A DNA stretch of 64,000 bases from Sminthopsis crassicaudata (taxonomy: Eukaryota), in assembly GCF_048593235.1 (NCBI RefSeq), contig NC_133619.1, positions 651,288,558 through 651,352,557 of the forward strand, written 5' to 3'. Shown in pieces: positions 1 to 16,391 of the stretch. The stretch's first letter is position 1. Each line of letters starts with the position of its first letter. The position numbers were made by a program, and so were the translations under genes. The notes under the pieces are model-generated. The model made no database searches and had not been told where the DNA came from. It saw only the letters and a program-made list of their open reading frames with translations.

Positions 1-5145
<5,145 letters not shown>

Positions 5146-5554
5146 CCCACCCCGCCCCCCCTCCCCTGGCCCGGCACCACGCGCGGAAGACCGGCGGCCG
5201 AAGGAGCGCGAGGCCCGGGTCGGGACCCCCGGGCCTGGGTCGGGACCGCGGACAAAGATGTGGCCGGAGCCTAGCCAGGACCGAGGCCGATGGGCCGAGC
5301 CAGGGCCGGGGGCTGCCGGGGGGTTCCCTGAGCCCCGCCGGCTTTTTTAACCTGACAAGGGCTTTTTAACGTCATGGGAATGGGGGGTCCTCCCCTCTGC
5401 CCTCGCCCCCTCTCCTGGGGGCTCCCGCACCATCACTGTGCTGCTCCCCACGCCCAGATACCACCAGGGACCACCCCCCCTCCGGGGGAGAGGGGGCTGT
5501 TTTTAACCTTCATCATTGGGACACAAAACTGTGAGAGCCGCTCGCTAAACTGTG

Positions 5555-5680
5555 ACCCCCAACCCTGAGACTGACCCCAAGACTGTGACCCCCGACCCTC
5601 AGACTGTGACCCCTGACCCCAGACTGTGAGCCTGACCCCTTCTCTCTAGCCTCTGACTCCTGAGACTGTTACCCCACTCC
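5555..5680 (+). repeat. Degenerate ~19-bp tandem repeat in the GRIN2D 3' UTR
   Basis: Recurrent (a)gactgtgacccc units. Confidence 0.7.
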
Positions 5681-5950
5681 CAATCCCCGCCAGACACCTT
5701 GGGGTCTCCCCGAACTGAACTCTGATCCTCCCCATCTCTGAACCCCGATCCTCCACTACCCAGACTGCCCTTCACTGTAATCCCGGACATCCTCCCAGAC
5801 CACGCGGCCCCTCCCCTCCCAGTGACTGACCTCCAGTGTCCAACCTCACAACCCCCAGGCCTGGGCCCAGAAAGCCCACCCAGCCCCACCCTGCAGCAGG
5901 GGAGGGACCGGGCCGGGGGGGGGGGGGGCTCAGGGGTCCAACCCCAACGG

Positions 5951-5956
5951 AATAAA
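5951..5956 (+). terminator. Probable GRIN2D polyadenylation signal
   Basis: First AATAAA after the stop codon, followed by T-rich gtttttatg. Confidence 0.7.
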
Positions 5957-6059
5957 TCGAGTTTTTATGCCTCCTCAACCCAGAGCCCTGGACTCCTCCT
6001 CTTGTGCACTGGACAGCCAAAGCCAAAGGGAGCGGCCCGAGGGGCAGACAGGGAGGTCA

Positions 6060-7290
6060 GGAGGAGACGGGGACAGAGAATGGAGGGAGAGACAGAGACG
6101 GGGGGAGAGACAGAGAGAGAGACACAGAGAGACAGAGAGAGACACACAGAGACAGAGACAGGGGNNNNNNNNNNNNNNNNNNNNNNNNNNNNNNNNNNNN
6201 NNNNNNNNNNNNNNNNNNNNNNNNNNNNNNNNNNNNNNNNNNNNNNNNNNNNNNNNNNNNNNNNNNNNNNNNNNNNNNNNNNNNNNNNNNNNNNNNNNNN
6301 NNNNNNNNNNNNNNNNNNNNNNNNNNNNNNNNNNNNNNNNNNNNNNNNNNNNNNNNNNNNNNNNNNNNNNNNNNNNNNNNNNNNNNNNNNNNNNNNNNNN
6401 NNNNNNNNNNNNNNNNNNNNNNNNNNNNNNNNNNNNNNNNNNNNNNNNNNNNNNNNNNNNNNNNNNNNNNNNNNNNNNNNNNNNNNNNNNNNNNNNNNNN
6501 NNNNNNNNNNNNNNNNNNNNNNNNNNNNNNNNNNNNNNNNNNNNNNNNNNNNNNNNNNNNNNNNNNNNNNNNNNNNNNNNNNNNNNNNNNNNNNNNNNNN
6601 NNNNNNNNNNNNNNNNNNNNNNNNNNNNNGAGACAGGGAGAGATAAAGGGGGAGAGAGGCAGAGACAGGNNNNNNNNNNNNNNNNNNNNNNNNNNNNNNN
6701 NNNNNNNNNNNNNNNNNNNNNNNNNNNNNNNNNNNNNNNNNNNNNNNNNNNNNNNNNNNNNNNNNNNNNNNNNNNNNNNNNNNNNNNNNNNNNNNNNNNN
6801 NNNNNNNNNNNNNNNNNNNNNNNNNNNNNNNNNNNNNNNNNNNNNNNNNNNNNNNNNNNNNNNNNNNNNNNNNNNNNNNNNNNNNNNNNNNNNNNNNNNN
6901 NNNNNNNNNNNNNNNNNNNNNNNNNNNNNNNNNNNNNNNNNNNNNNNNNNNNNNNNNNNNNNNNNNNNNNNNNNNNNNNNNNNNNNNNNNNNNNNNNNNN
7001 NNNNNNNNNNNNNNNNNNNNNNNNNNNNNNNNNNNNNNNNNNNNNNNNNNNNNNNNNNNNNNNNNNNNNNNNNNNNNNNNNNNNNNNNNNNNNNNNNNNN
7101 NNNNNNNNNNNNNNNNNNNNNNNNNNNNNNNNNNNNAGACAAAGAGAGGGAGAGATTCAGAGACAGAGACAGGGAGAGATAAAGGGGGAGAGAGGCAGAG
7201 ACAGACAGGGAGAGATAAAGGGGGAGAGAGGCAGAGACAGGGGGAGAGACAGCACAGAGGGAGGGAGGGTGAGAGAAAGACAAAGAGGAG
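6060..7290. repeat. GA-rich (GAGACAGAGA-type) low-complexity repeat with two assembly gaps
   Basis: Repeat flanks N runs at 6165-6629 and 6670-7136. Confidence 0.9.
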
Positions 7291-8029
7291 GAGCGAGGGG
7301 GGGCGGGGAGCTGGGACACACGCGCCCCTGTGGGACCTCGGGAATCGTCCGGAGTGCCCCAGAAACTTGCCCCAGGGCCTGGGGGAGGGGGCTCCTGTGG
7401 AAGGCGGGCCCGCAGCAGCGCGGCGGGGGCGATGGCGCCCGCTGAGGACTGCGGCACCCAAAGGTCCCGGGCACAGGGGATACCCGGCGGACTGAAAAGG
7501 CTGGGGGCGGGGCCCAGAGGTGAGCCGCAAGCCCCGCCCCCGTGGGCTCGGGTGGGGGCAGAGTGCGGGAAGCTCGGGCAGGGGGGCTGGGGGCGGGCGT
7601 CACGTTCGGGGCGCGCGCGGGTCAGGCGGCCACGAGCCCGGCGCAGCAGGGGAGCCCCGGGCCGGAGGTGGGGGCACCCCAGGGAGGCCGGCCTGAGGGA
7701 GGAGGAGGGAGGGTCCGGGCCGATCGGAGGGACGTGGGAGGGCGCCAGCTGAGCCGGCCGGAGAGGGAGAGGTGGCGGGAACCTGGGGGAGAGCCGGACC
7801 GCGGCGTCCGAGGCCGCGGGGGCAGCTTAGGGGAAAGGATGAGGTCAGAAGTCAGCTTGGGAGAGGACAAAATGGAGGCACTAATGGGGCTCCCCAAAAA
7901 GAAGGGAGCTGGAAGACGTGCTCCAGGCCGCCCTGCACCTGGGAAACCCCCGGGCTTTCTGCCTGTACTCGAGGAGGGGCGGAGGCGGGGAAAAGAAAGC
8001 GGGCTTCCGTGGCTCCTCTCTCCCTCCGA

Positions 8030-8125
8030 ACTACGACGCCCGGCATGCTGCGCGCGACCGTCGCCATGGTGACGCGAGAGGAGGCGGAGCTCGGGTATCT
8101 GCCGCGCAGACTCCAAGATGGCGGC
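8030..8125 (+). promoter_or_regulatory. GRWD1 CpG-island promoter elements: ZNF143/THAP11-type motif and YY1 motif
   Basis: ACTACGACGCCCGGCATGC (8030-8048) fits ACTAC-N4-CCC-N3-ATGC; CAAGATGGCGGC (8114-8125) overlaps the start codon. Confidence 0.6.
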
Positions 8126-10969
8126 GCGCAAGGGTTCCGGTCGCACGTGTAAAGGGAAGGCCAAGACGCCGAGCAGTCCGCCGCGTGTCTACCTCCCGGG
8201 TCGGGGTCCGCCGCTGCAGGAAGACGAGGAGCTGGTGCGGGACCAGGAGGCCTACGTGCTGTACCACCGCGCCCAGACCGGTGCGGCCAGGGGGGCGGAG
8301 GGAGGGGGGGACGTGGGGAGCGCTGGGGAGGGCGGAGACGGGCGGAGGGGGAGGGGCGGGCGGGGTCCTCGGCCCTGAGCCCCTTCTCCCTCCTGGCAGG
8401 CTCGCCATGCCTCAGCTTCGACGTGGTCCGGGACCAGCTGGGGGACTCCCGCAGCGACTTCCCCCTGAGCCTGTACTTGTGCGCGGGGACCCAGGCGCCC
8501 AGCGCTCAGAGCAATCGGTGGGTGGGGAGCCCCCCACGCCCCCGCGTGTGGTTTGGGAGCCCCCCCCCCAGGGATGCCCGTGCATGGGAAGCCCCCCCAC
8601 GCCCCCGCGTGTGGTTTGGGAGCCCCCCAGGGATGCCCCCGCGCGTGTGGGTCAGACACCCCCGTGGGGGGGGCGGCCCTGCGTGTGGTTTGGGAGCCCC
8701 CCCCCCAGGGATGCCCGTGCATGGGAAGCCCCCCATGCCCCCTCGTGTGGTTTGGGAGACCCCAGGGATGCCCCCCCCATGCCCCCTCGTGTGGTTTGGG
8801 AGCCCCCCAGGGATGCACCCCCATGCCCCCTCGTGTGGTTTGGGAGCCCCCCAGGGATGCCCCCCCATGCCCCCTCGTGTGGTTTGGGAGCCCCCCAGGG
8901 ATGCCCCCCCATGCCCCCTCGTGTGGTTTGGGAGCCCCCCAGGGATGCCCCCCCATGCCCCCTCGTGTGGTTTGGGAGCCCCCCAGGGATGCCCCCCCAT
9001 GCCCCCTCGTGTGGTTTGGGAGCCCCCCAGGGATGCCCGTGCATGGGAAGCCCCCCCCATGCTCCTGCACGTGGGTCAGACCCCTCCGTCCAGGACTGGC
9101 CTTGACTCCCGACCCCCCCCCAGGCTGATGGTAATGAGGATGCACAACCTGCACGGGACCCCCAAAAGGGAGGCCTCGGAGGACAGTGAGAGCGAAAGCG
9201 AGGACGAGGACGAGGAGGAGGAGAAGAAGCCCCAGCTGGAGCTGGCCATGGTCCCCCACTACGGAGCCATTAACCGAGTCCGGGTAAGCCGCTTCTGGGG
9301 CTGGCCGAGGGGCTTGCTGGGGTCCTCGTGGGCGGCCGGGCCACCTAACCCTTCTCCCCTCCCCTCCCCTCAGGTTGCATGGCTCGGGGAGACCCCTGTG
9401 GCGGGGGTGTGGTCTGAGAAGGGCCAGGTGGAGGTGTTTTCCCTTCGCAGGCCCCTGGAGGCGGTGGATGACCCCCACGTGCTGGCAGCCTTCCTGAGGG
9501 AGGAGCAGGCCCACACCCGGCCCCTGTTCGCCTTCGCCGGCCACATGGCCGAGGGCTTTGCCCTGGACTGGTCTCCCCGGGTGCCCGGTGAGACCCTGAG
9601 CAGGACGCGGGGAGGGGGGGTCGGAGAAAAGTGGGAGCAATAAGGGGGTGACAGCCAAGGAGAGTCTTTGGGGGGCCGTACGATGGGACTCTCTGGACCG
9701 CAGGTCGCCTGCTGACGGGGGATTGTCAGAAAAACATTCACCTCTGGACGCCCACGGACGGGGGCTCCTGGCACGTGGACCAGCGGCCCTTCGCCGCCCA
9801 CTCCCGCTCGGTGGAGGATCTGCAGTGGTCGCCGACCGAGGACACGGTGAGGGGGCGGGGAGCACGCACTCGTCTGGTACCTGCGGTGGGCCATGCTTTA
9901 CTCTCACGGGATCCTCACAAAGACACTAGTGAGATTCACGTTTGACAGTCGAGGAAACTGAGGCAGGAGAGGTGAATTGACTTGCCGGGGATTCCACAGC
10001 TGGAAAGCATCTGAGGTTCTGTACACTGTGGCGCCCCCTCATGGCCTCGGGGAAGAGACAGAGTCCTAAAGGCCCCCCTTCCCCCCAGGTCTTCGCGTCG
10101 TGCTCCGCGGATGCCTCCATCCGAATATGGGACGTCCGGGCAGCGCCGAGCCGGGCCTGCATGCTCACGGCCCCCGCCGCCCACGACGCGGACGTCAACG
10201 TCATCAGCTGGAGCCGGAGGGAGACGTCCTTCCTGCTCAGCGGGGGCGACGATGGCGCCCTCAAGGTCTGGGATCTCAGGCAGTTCACGGTGAGTCCCCG
10301 GGGTACGGGCGCTGCCGGGAGGGCCTTCGCTGAGGGCGGCTCCGATGCTCTGATTTTGGCGTGTGCCGGTGTATACATGTGGTGCATATATGTGTGCACG
10401 CTGGTGTGGTGCAGACATGTGATGTATGCATGTGTGTGTGTGTGCTAGCGTGGCGTATGTGCCTCGGGGGCCGGCCTGGGTGACTTTGTGGGTGACTTTG
10501 GACCAGTCGCTCCCATCCCCTCTGGGACTCGGCGGTGCGTTGGTCTGCCGGACCCGAGGCTTCTGGGAAGTTGCCCACGGGGCCTTTGCCTCGCTCGACC
10601 CGGGCAGGAGGGAGCCCCCGGCCTGACGGACCCCCCCTCGCCCTGCAGGCCGGTGCCCCCGTGGCCACCTTCAAGCAGCACGTGGCGCCCGTGACTTCTG
10701 TTGAGTGGCACCCACAGGACGGCGGGGTCTTTGCGGCGGCCGGGGCGGACGACCAGCTGACTCAGTGGGATTTGGCGGTGGAACGGGACCCGGAGGTGGG
10801 CGACACAGAGGAGGCAGACCCCCTGGTGGCTGGGCTCCCCCAGCAGCTGCTCTTCGTTCACCAGGGCGAGACGGACATCAAGGAGCTGCACTGGCACCCC
10901 CAGTGCCCGGGCGTCCTCATCAGCACGGCCCTGTCGGGGTTCACCGTCTTCCGCACCATCAGTGTCTGA
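8118..10969 (+). CDS. GRWD1: Glutamate-rich WD repeat protein 1 (439 aa, 7 exons, intact)
   Basis: Exons 8118-8280, 8400-8517, 9124-9283, 9374-9587, 9704-9846, 10089-10289, 10649-10969 sum to 1320 nt. MAARKG start, [11 protein letters not shown], acidic tract, WD motifs EGFALDWSP and [10 protein letters not shown]-terminus FTVFRTISV. Confidence 0.97.
8520..9075 (+). repeat. 44-bp minisatellite in GRWD1 intron 2
   Basis: Unit gcccccccatgccccctcgtgtggtttgggagccccccagggat; period 44 seen at 8881/8925. Confidence 0.93.
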
Positions 10970-11100
10970 GCCTGAGGCCCCCATGCAGCTCAGGGCATTC
11001 AGGGTGGACTGCTCCCCAACTCCCACCAGCTGAGATGGCGCTTGGCTTCCTGGGCTGGGGGGGGTGCTGAGAGGGGTCCGGAAATGGTGCACACGTGATC

Positions 11101-11106
11101 AATAAA
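11101..11106 (+). terminator. Probable GRWD1 polyadenylation signal
   Basis: AATAAA about 130 nt after the stop codon. Confidence 0.75.
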
Positions 11107-12559
11107 GTCAGAGAACGAAGGCTTGGTCTGCAGTGATTGTGGCCCAGGGCCTAGTCTCCATTTCTGCTCCTGACCTCCCCCCCATCCTGTTTCTGGCCTC
11201 CTCTCCTGTTCCTCTCCCCGAGCCCCCAATCCTTGCTGTCCCTCTAGCCCCTTTTCTTCTCCCTCTCTGTCTCTGTGCTCTCTTCCTCTTTCCATCTCTG
11301 TGTATCTCTCTGTGTCTCCCTGTTTTCCCCTCCCTCCTTCTCTTCCTGTTTCTGTATATGTCTGTCTCTGTGTCTCCCCCCTGTCTGCCTCTCCCCTTCC
11401 TTTTCCTCTCTCTCCCCTCTTCCTTCCCTCCCTCCCTCCCTTTCTGTTCCCCTCTTCCTTCCTGTCTCAGCATCTCTCTTCTGTCTCTGTCCCTGGGTGT
11501 TTGTCTCCAGCGTTTCTGTGTCTCTGAGTGTCCCCGCCCCCATCTTCCTAGGTGGCTCCCTCCCCATTTCCAAGTCTCTCCCGCTGGCTCCAGCCCGGAC
11601 AGCCGCCTCCTCTCCCCCCTCCCCCCCACCTCTGACCGGGTCCTTTTCTTGGCTCCTGGGTATCATTTCCGTCCCTTCCAACTTTCTCCAGAGCCAGGCT
11701 CGGGGCCAGCTCCGACTCCCCTCCCCCGGCCTGGCTCCCCCTCTGCGGCTCCCTGAGCTGGCCCCGCCCCCCCATCCTCCTAAGGCTGCTTTGATCCCTG
11801 CCTGAGAGTCACCCAGAGCTCGCTCGGACACTCCCCCCTCCCCCCCCTGCCCCACAGATGTTCTCTGTCCAGGGAGCTGGGCCCATGACACGGGGCGCAG
11901 AGGAGATCCTGCCGAGTGGGATGGGGGCCGCCGGCCCCGGCAGGTAAGGGGGGCTCAGGCTCGGGGGCGTCTGCTCGCCTGGCTGGCTCTGTACCCACCT
12001 GTTTGTCTTTGCCCGCATCCCTTCTGCTCCTTCCTCTGCCTCGCCATGGGGGGTGGCTCTGCCCACCCTGGAGGGGCCCTCGAGGTTCCTCTTCCTCCCG
12101 GGGGTAATTCTGGCTCTCCCCTGCTGGCTGTGGGCGAGCCGGTCTCCCAGCGGCTCCCTGTTGGCACTGGGCTTCCTGTTGCCTCTCCGCATCTCGCCAG
12201 CCTGGCCTCTGCATCTCTGCCTCTGTGAGAGCTCATCCTCTGTCCCTCACGGGGTGACATCTGTCCCCTGCATCCTTAGCCCCCTTGCTGTGTGCCATAT
12301 GTCTCCCTGGCCCCCTGACTGTCATATCCCCTTCATCCCTGTCCCCCCGGCTGGGTGACATCTGTCTCCCTAGCTGGCTGACATGTCCCCCGCATCCCTG
12401 GCCTCCTGGCTGGCTGTCATACATCTGTCTTCATCATCCCTAGCTTCCTTGGTGTGTTACATCTGTCTCCCCATCTCCCCGGCTGTGTGACATCTGCCCC
12501 CTGCATCCCTGTTCCCTTGGCTGTGTGACATCTGACCCCTGTCTCCCTGTCCCCCCGGC

Positions 12560-13165
12560 TGTCTTACACCTGCCCCCTGCATCCCTGTCCCCCCCCCCTC
12601 CCCGCTGTGTTACACCTGCCCCCTGCATCCCTGTCCCCCCCCTCCCCACTGTGTTACACCTGCCCCCTGCATCCCTGTCCCCCCCCTCCCCACTGTGTTA
12701 CACCTGCCCCCTGCATCCCTGTCCCCCCCCTCCCCGCTGTGTTACACCTGCCCCCTGCATCCCTGTCCCCCCCCCCTCCCCGCTGTGTTACACCTGCCCC
12801 CTGCATCCCTGTCCCCCCCCTCCCCACTGTGTTACACCTGCCCCCTGCATCCCTGTCCCCCCCCTCCCCGCTGTGTTACACCTGCCCCCTGCATCCCTGT
12901 CCCCCCCCCCCTCCCCGCTGTGTTACACCTGCCCCCTGCATCCCTGTCCCCCCCCCCTCCCCGCTGTGTTACACCTGCCCCCTGCATCCCTGTCCCCCCC
13001 CCCTCCCCGCTGTGTTACACCTGCCCCCTGCATCCCTGTCCCCCCCCCCCCCCCGCTGTGTTACACCTGCCCCCTGCATCCCTGTCCCCCCCCCCTCCCC
13101 GCTGTGTTACACCTGCCCCCTGCATCCCTGCCCCCCCCCCCTGTGTTACACCTGCCCCCTGCATC
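12560..13165 (+). repeat. ~44-bp minisatellite upstream of KCNJ14 (degenerate units from ~12250)
   Basis: Unit tgtgttacacctgccccctgcatccctgtccccccc(c)tccccgc; period 44 at 12606/12650, with variable C-run length. Confidence 0.93.
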
Positions 13166-13530
13166 CCCGGCCCTCTTGTCTCTGCCCATCTCTGCCTTGC
13201 TGGGGGGGGGGGGAGGGGCAGGCCTACCTGTCCCCAGATTAGATATTGACTTTGACATGAAATTGTCATCCCCTAAGCCGAGTCTCGGCCGAATATGGAA
13301 ACATAAGCTGCTCCCGCCGCTGGGTGGGGGGGTCGGGGGCACCGGACGTCAGGCCCAGGGCCGCCCCGTCCGGCACCACGTGGCAGGGAGGGAGGCCCTC
13401 TGTGCCAGTGGCAGAGCCCGGAGGCCGGGTGGCAGAAGGGGCCCGGAGCCCCGGGGGGTCATGGGCTTGGGGGTCGGCGGTCTTCACGCGCCTCCTGCCC
13501 CCACAGGTGCCCTGCCGCCCGCTAGCCCCC

Positions 13531-15377
13531 ATGGGGGTGTCCGGCGTCCTGAGGCGCCTGAGCGGCGTCCCGCACTCGGCCGAGGACGTCCTGGGGGAGG
13601 AAGGCGGCCTGGCCTGCCGCAACGGGCGCTCCCCCGGGGGCGCTGAGGCGGGCCTGGGCTCCCGGCGCCGGGGCCGCTTCGTCAAGAAGGACGGCCACTG
13701 CAACGTGCGCTTCGTCCACCTGGGGGAGCACGGCGCGCGCTACCTCAGCGACCTGTTCACCACCTGCGTGGACGTGCGCTGGCGCTGGATGTGCCTCCTC
13801 TTCTCGTGCTCCTTCGTGCTGTCCTGGCTGCTGTTCGGCCTGGCCTTCTGGCTCATCGCGTCCCTGCACGGGGACCTCTCGGCGCCGCCGCCGCCCGCGC
13901 CCTGCTTCTCGCAGGTGGGCAGCTTCCTGGCCGCCTTCCTCTTCGCGCTCGAGACGCAGACGTCCATCGGCTACGGCGTGCGCAGCGTGACGGAGGAGTG
14001 CCCGGCCGCCGTGGTGGCCGTGGTGCTGCAGTGCATCGCGGGCTGCGTGCTGGACGCCTTCGTGGTGGGCGCCATCATGGCCAAGATCGCCAAGCCCAAG
14101 AAGCGCAACGAGACGCTGGTGTTCAGCGAGAACGCCGTCGTGGCCCTGCGCGACCACCGCCTCTGCCTCATGTGGCGCGTGGGCAACCTGCGGCGCAGCC
14201 ACCTGGTGGAGGCCCACGTGCGCGCGCAGCTGCTGCAGGTGAGCGCGCTGGGGGAGCGGGCCGCGCCCTGGGGCGGGGGCCGAGGGGCGGGACCGGGGCG
14301 CCAGGCTGGGGCTGCCCCGGGCCCCTTGGCTGGAGCCCGCCCTGGAGCGCTGGGGCTCTAGGCCTAGGCCTCCTTGGGGGGTCCCGATGCTGCTGGTTCT
14401 CCCGGTATGGAAGCAGCCCTCCGCTGCTTGGCCATAGTCTAGTGTCCCGGGTCCTCTGGGTCCGGGGTCACCAGCTGCAGGGCGCGGGCCCGCCTCCGGC
14501 CGGAGGCATTGTGAGGCTGGGGAAAGAGACCTTCCCTGGGAGTCCGGGGGAGGCGGCCGCCCCCACGGTGCCGCTCCTCTGTCTGGCGCCCCGGAGTGTG
14601 TCCCCCCCCATCTCCGGTCTCTGATCCCGCCCCGCCTGCCTCCCCGACGCCCCGTGTGTGCCCCTCCCCCCCTCCATCTCGGTTTCGGTCTCTGATCCCG
14701 GCGGGCCTCCCCGACGCCCCGTGTGTGCCCCCCCCCATCTCCGGTCTCTGATCCCGCCCCGCCTGCCTCCCCAGCCTCGGGTCACCCCAGAAGGCGAGTA
14801 CATCCCCCTGGATCACCAGGACGTGGACGTGGGATTCGACGGGGGCACGGACCGCATCTTCCTGGTGTCCCCCATCACCATCGTGCACGAGATCGACGCG
14901 TCCAGCCCCCTGTACGAGATGGGCCGGGCGGAGCTGGCGCAGGCGGACTTCGAGCTGGTGGTCATCCTGGAGGGCATGGTGGAAGCCACGGCCATGACCA
15001 CGCAGTGCCGCTCCTCCTACCTGCCGGGGGAGCTCCTGTGGGGCCACCTCTTCGAGCCCGTGCTCTTCCAGAGAGGGGCCCACTACGAGGTGGACTACCG
15101 CCACTTTCACCGAACCTATGAGGTGCCGGGGACCCCCGTGTGCAGTGCCCGGGAGCTGGATGAGAGGCGGGCCCTGGGGGACAGCGACAGCCCCGGGCCC
15201 AAGGGGGGCCTGCCCGGAGCCCTGGCTGCCTTCTGCTACGAGAACGAGGTGGCCCTCAGCTGCTGCCAGGAGGAGGAGGAGGTGGAGGAGGAGAGGGGGG
15301 ACGGCCAGGCGGAGGCCAGCCCCCGGGCCCCCACCCCGCCTCTGCCCCCATCCCCCGAACTGGCCTCCCCTCCTTGA
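13531..15377 (+). CDS. KCNJ14: Inward rectifier K+ channel Kir2.4 (436 aa, 2 coding exons)
   Basis: Exons 13531-14238 and 14775-15377 (708+603 nt). [11 protein letters not shown], filter [21 protein letters not shown]-export motif FCYENE. The intron in RAQLLQ|PRVTPEG is typical of KCNJ14. Exon acceptor at 13506/13507 precedes the ATG. Confidence 0.97.
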
Positions 15378-16385
15378 GGGACAGCAGGCGGGGCTGGGGG
15401 ACGGCAATTCCCCATGTCATGGAGCTTGGCATGTAGTCCCTGGCGGGGGAGGCGCTGGAATGGAGGCCCAGGGTCTCCCCGAGAGGCCCAGAACCCCTTC
15501 CCTGGGGCCTAGGCTAGGATGGATGGGGAAGCAGTGCATGGTGCCTGGACCCTGGACCGGAGGAAAGGCGGGGCGGCCTTGGGGGTAGAACCTTCTGGAC
15601 TAATTGGCAGCCCCTTCTCCCCACTTTCCCAGCATGGGGGGTGAGCCCCCCCCACATCCCTCGACCCTCCCTCCTCTTTCTCCTTCCAGCCCTTCCCTTC
15701 TGGGCTCAATCCTGCCTGGAGTCCAAGAGGCTGGGACTGGCCAGGATTGTTCCAGACACCCCCACACCCTCAGGAAGAGAAGGGGGCCCAGGAAGCCCAC
15801 TGACTCAGGCCCAGTGTGGGGAGAGGAGGCCCACGAGGAGGCGGGCCTGGCCTCCAGGCCGAGCCGGGGCCACCCAAAGGAGCAGGTGTCTGTCCCCAGA
15901 GTGCTGTGCTTATACACCCACCTCCACATAAGTATATAGAGAATATTCTCCCTCGTTCCCCCGACTGCTGCAGAAGGGCTGGGCGGGCGCCCTGGCCCAG
16001 GAGGGAGGGCGCCCGGGGCAGGCCGGGCACGGCCGCCCCCTTCCTGCTGCTTTTGCCTGTTAACCCGAGGGGGTTGGGATGTGTTCCCCCCGGGGCTGTG
16101 CCAGCTGGGCGCCCCGGGATCCCGGGCTCGCAGGGACTGTTCTGGAAGGCCCGGAGCAAAGCAGCTGGCGCTCCTGGGAGGACCTGGCGTGGCCTCTGGC
16201 CACCGGGAAGGCTGCAGCATGAGTCACCCCAGCCCGAGCTGCTGCGCAGGGCCCAGGCCCCGGCTGGCCCGCCCTGCCTTGCCCCTGCCCAGGCTCTGGG
16301 ACAAGTGTGGGGGACGCTGAAGGATCCCGGGGTCTTTCCCACCATTGTTTGGGGGGTGGAGGGAACCTCCTCCCCCCTCCCCCCC

Positions 16386-16391
16386 AATAAA
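16386..16391 (+). terminator. Probable KCNJ14 polyadenylation signal
   Basis: First AATAAA downstream of the stop (about 1 kb). Confidence 0.6.

Noticed and set aside
5822-7530. Long ORFs (274-521 aa) on both strands
   Set aside because: Made mostly of N gaps and GA repeats; no coding signal.
12525-13249. Cys/Pro-rich keratin-associated-protein-like ORFs
   Set aside because: Produced by the 44-bp minisatellite cycling through frames; starts are non-ATG and there is no promoter or poly(A) context.
14068-14100. Kir2.4 AKIAKPKKR (Ile for Met)
   Set aside because: Conservative change; Ile occurs at this position in other Kir subfamilies (Kir1.1, Kir4.1).
13522-15407. Long antisense ORFs over KCNJ14, and similar ones over GRIN2D and LMTK3 (e.g. 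29109-31682 +)
   Set aside because: Expected shadow ORFs from very high GC3 codon usage.
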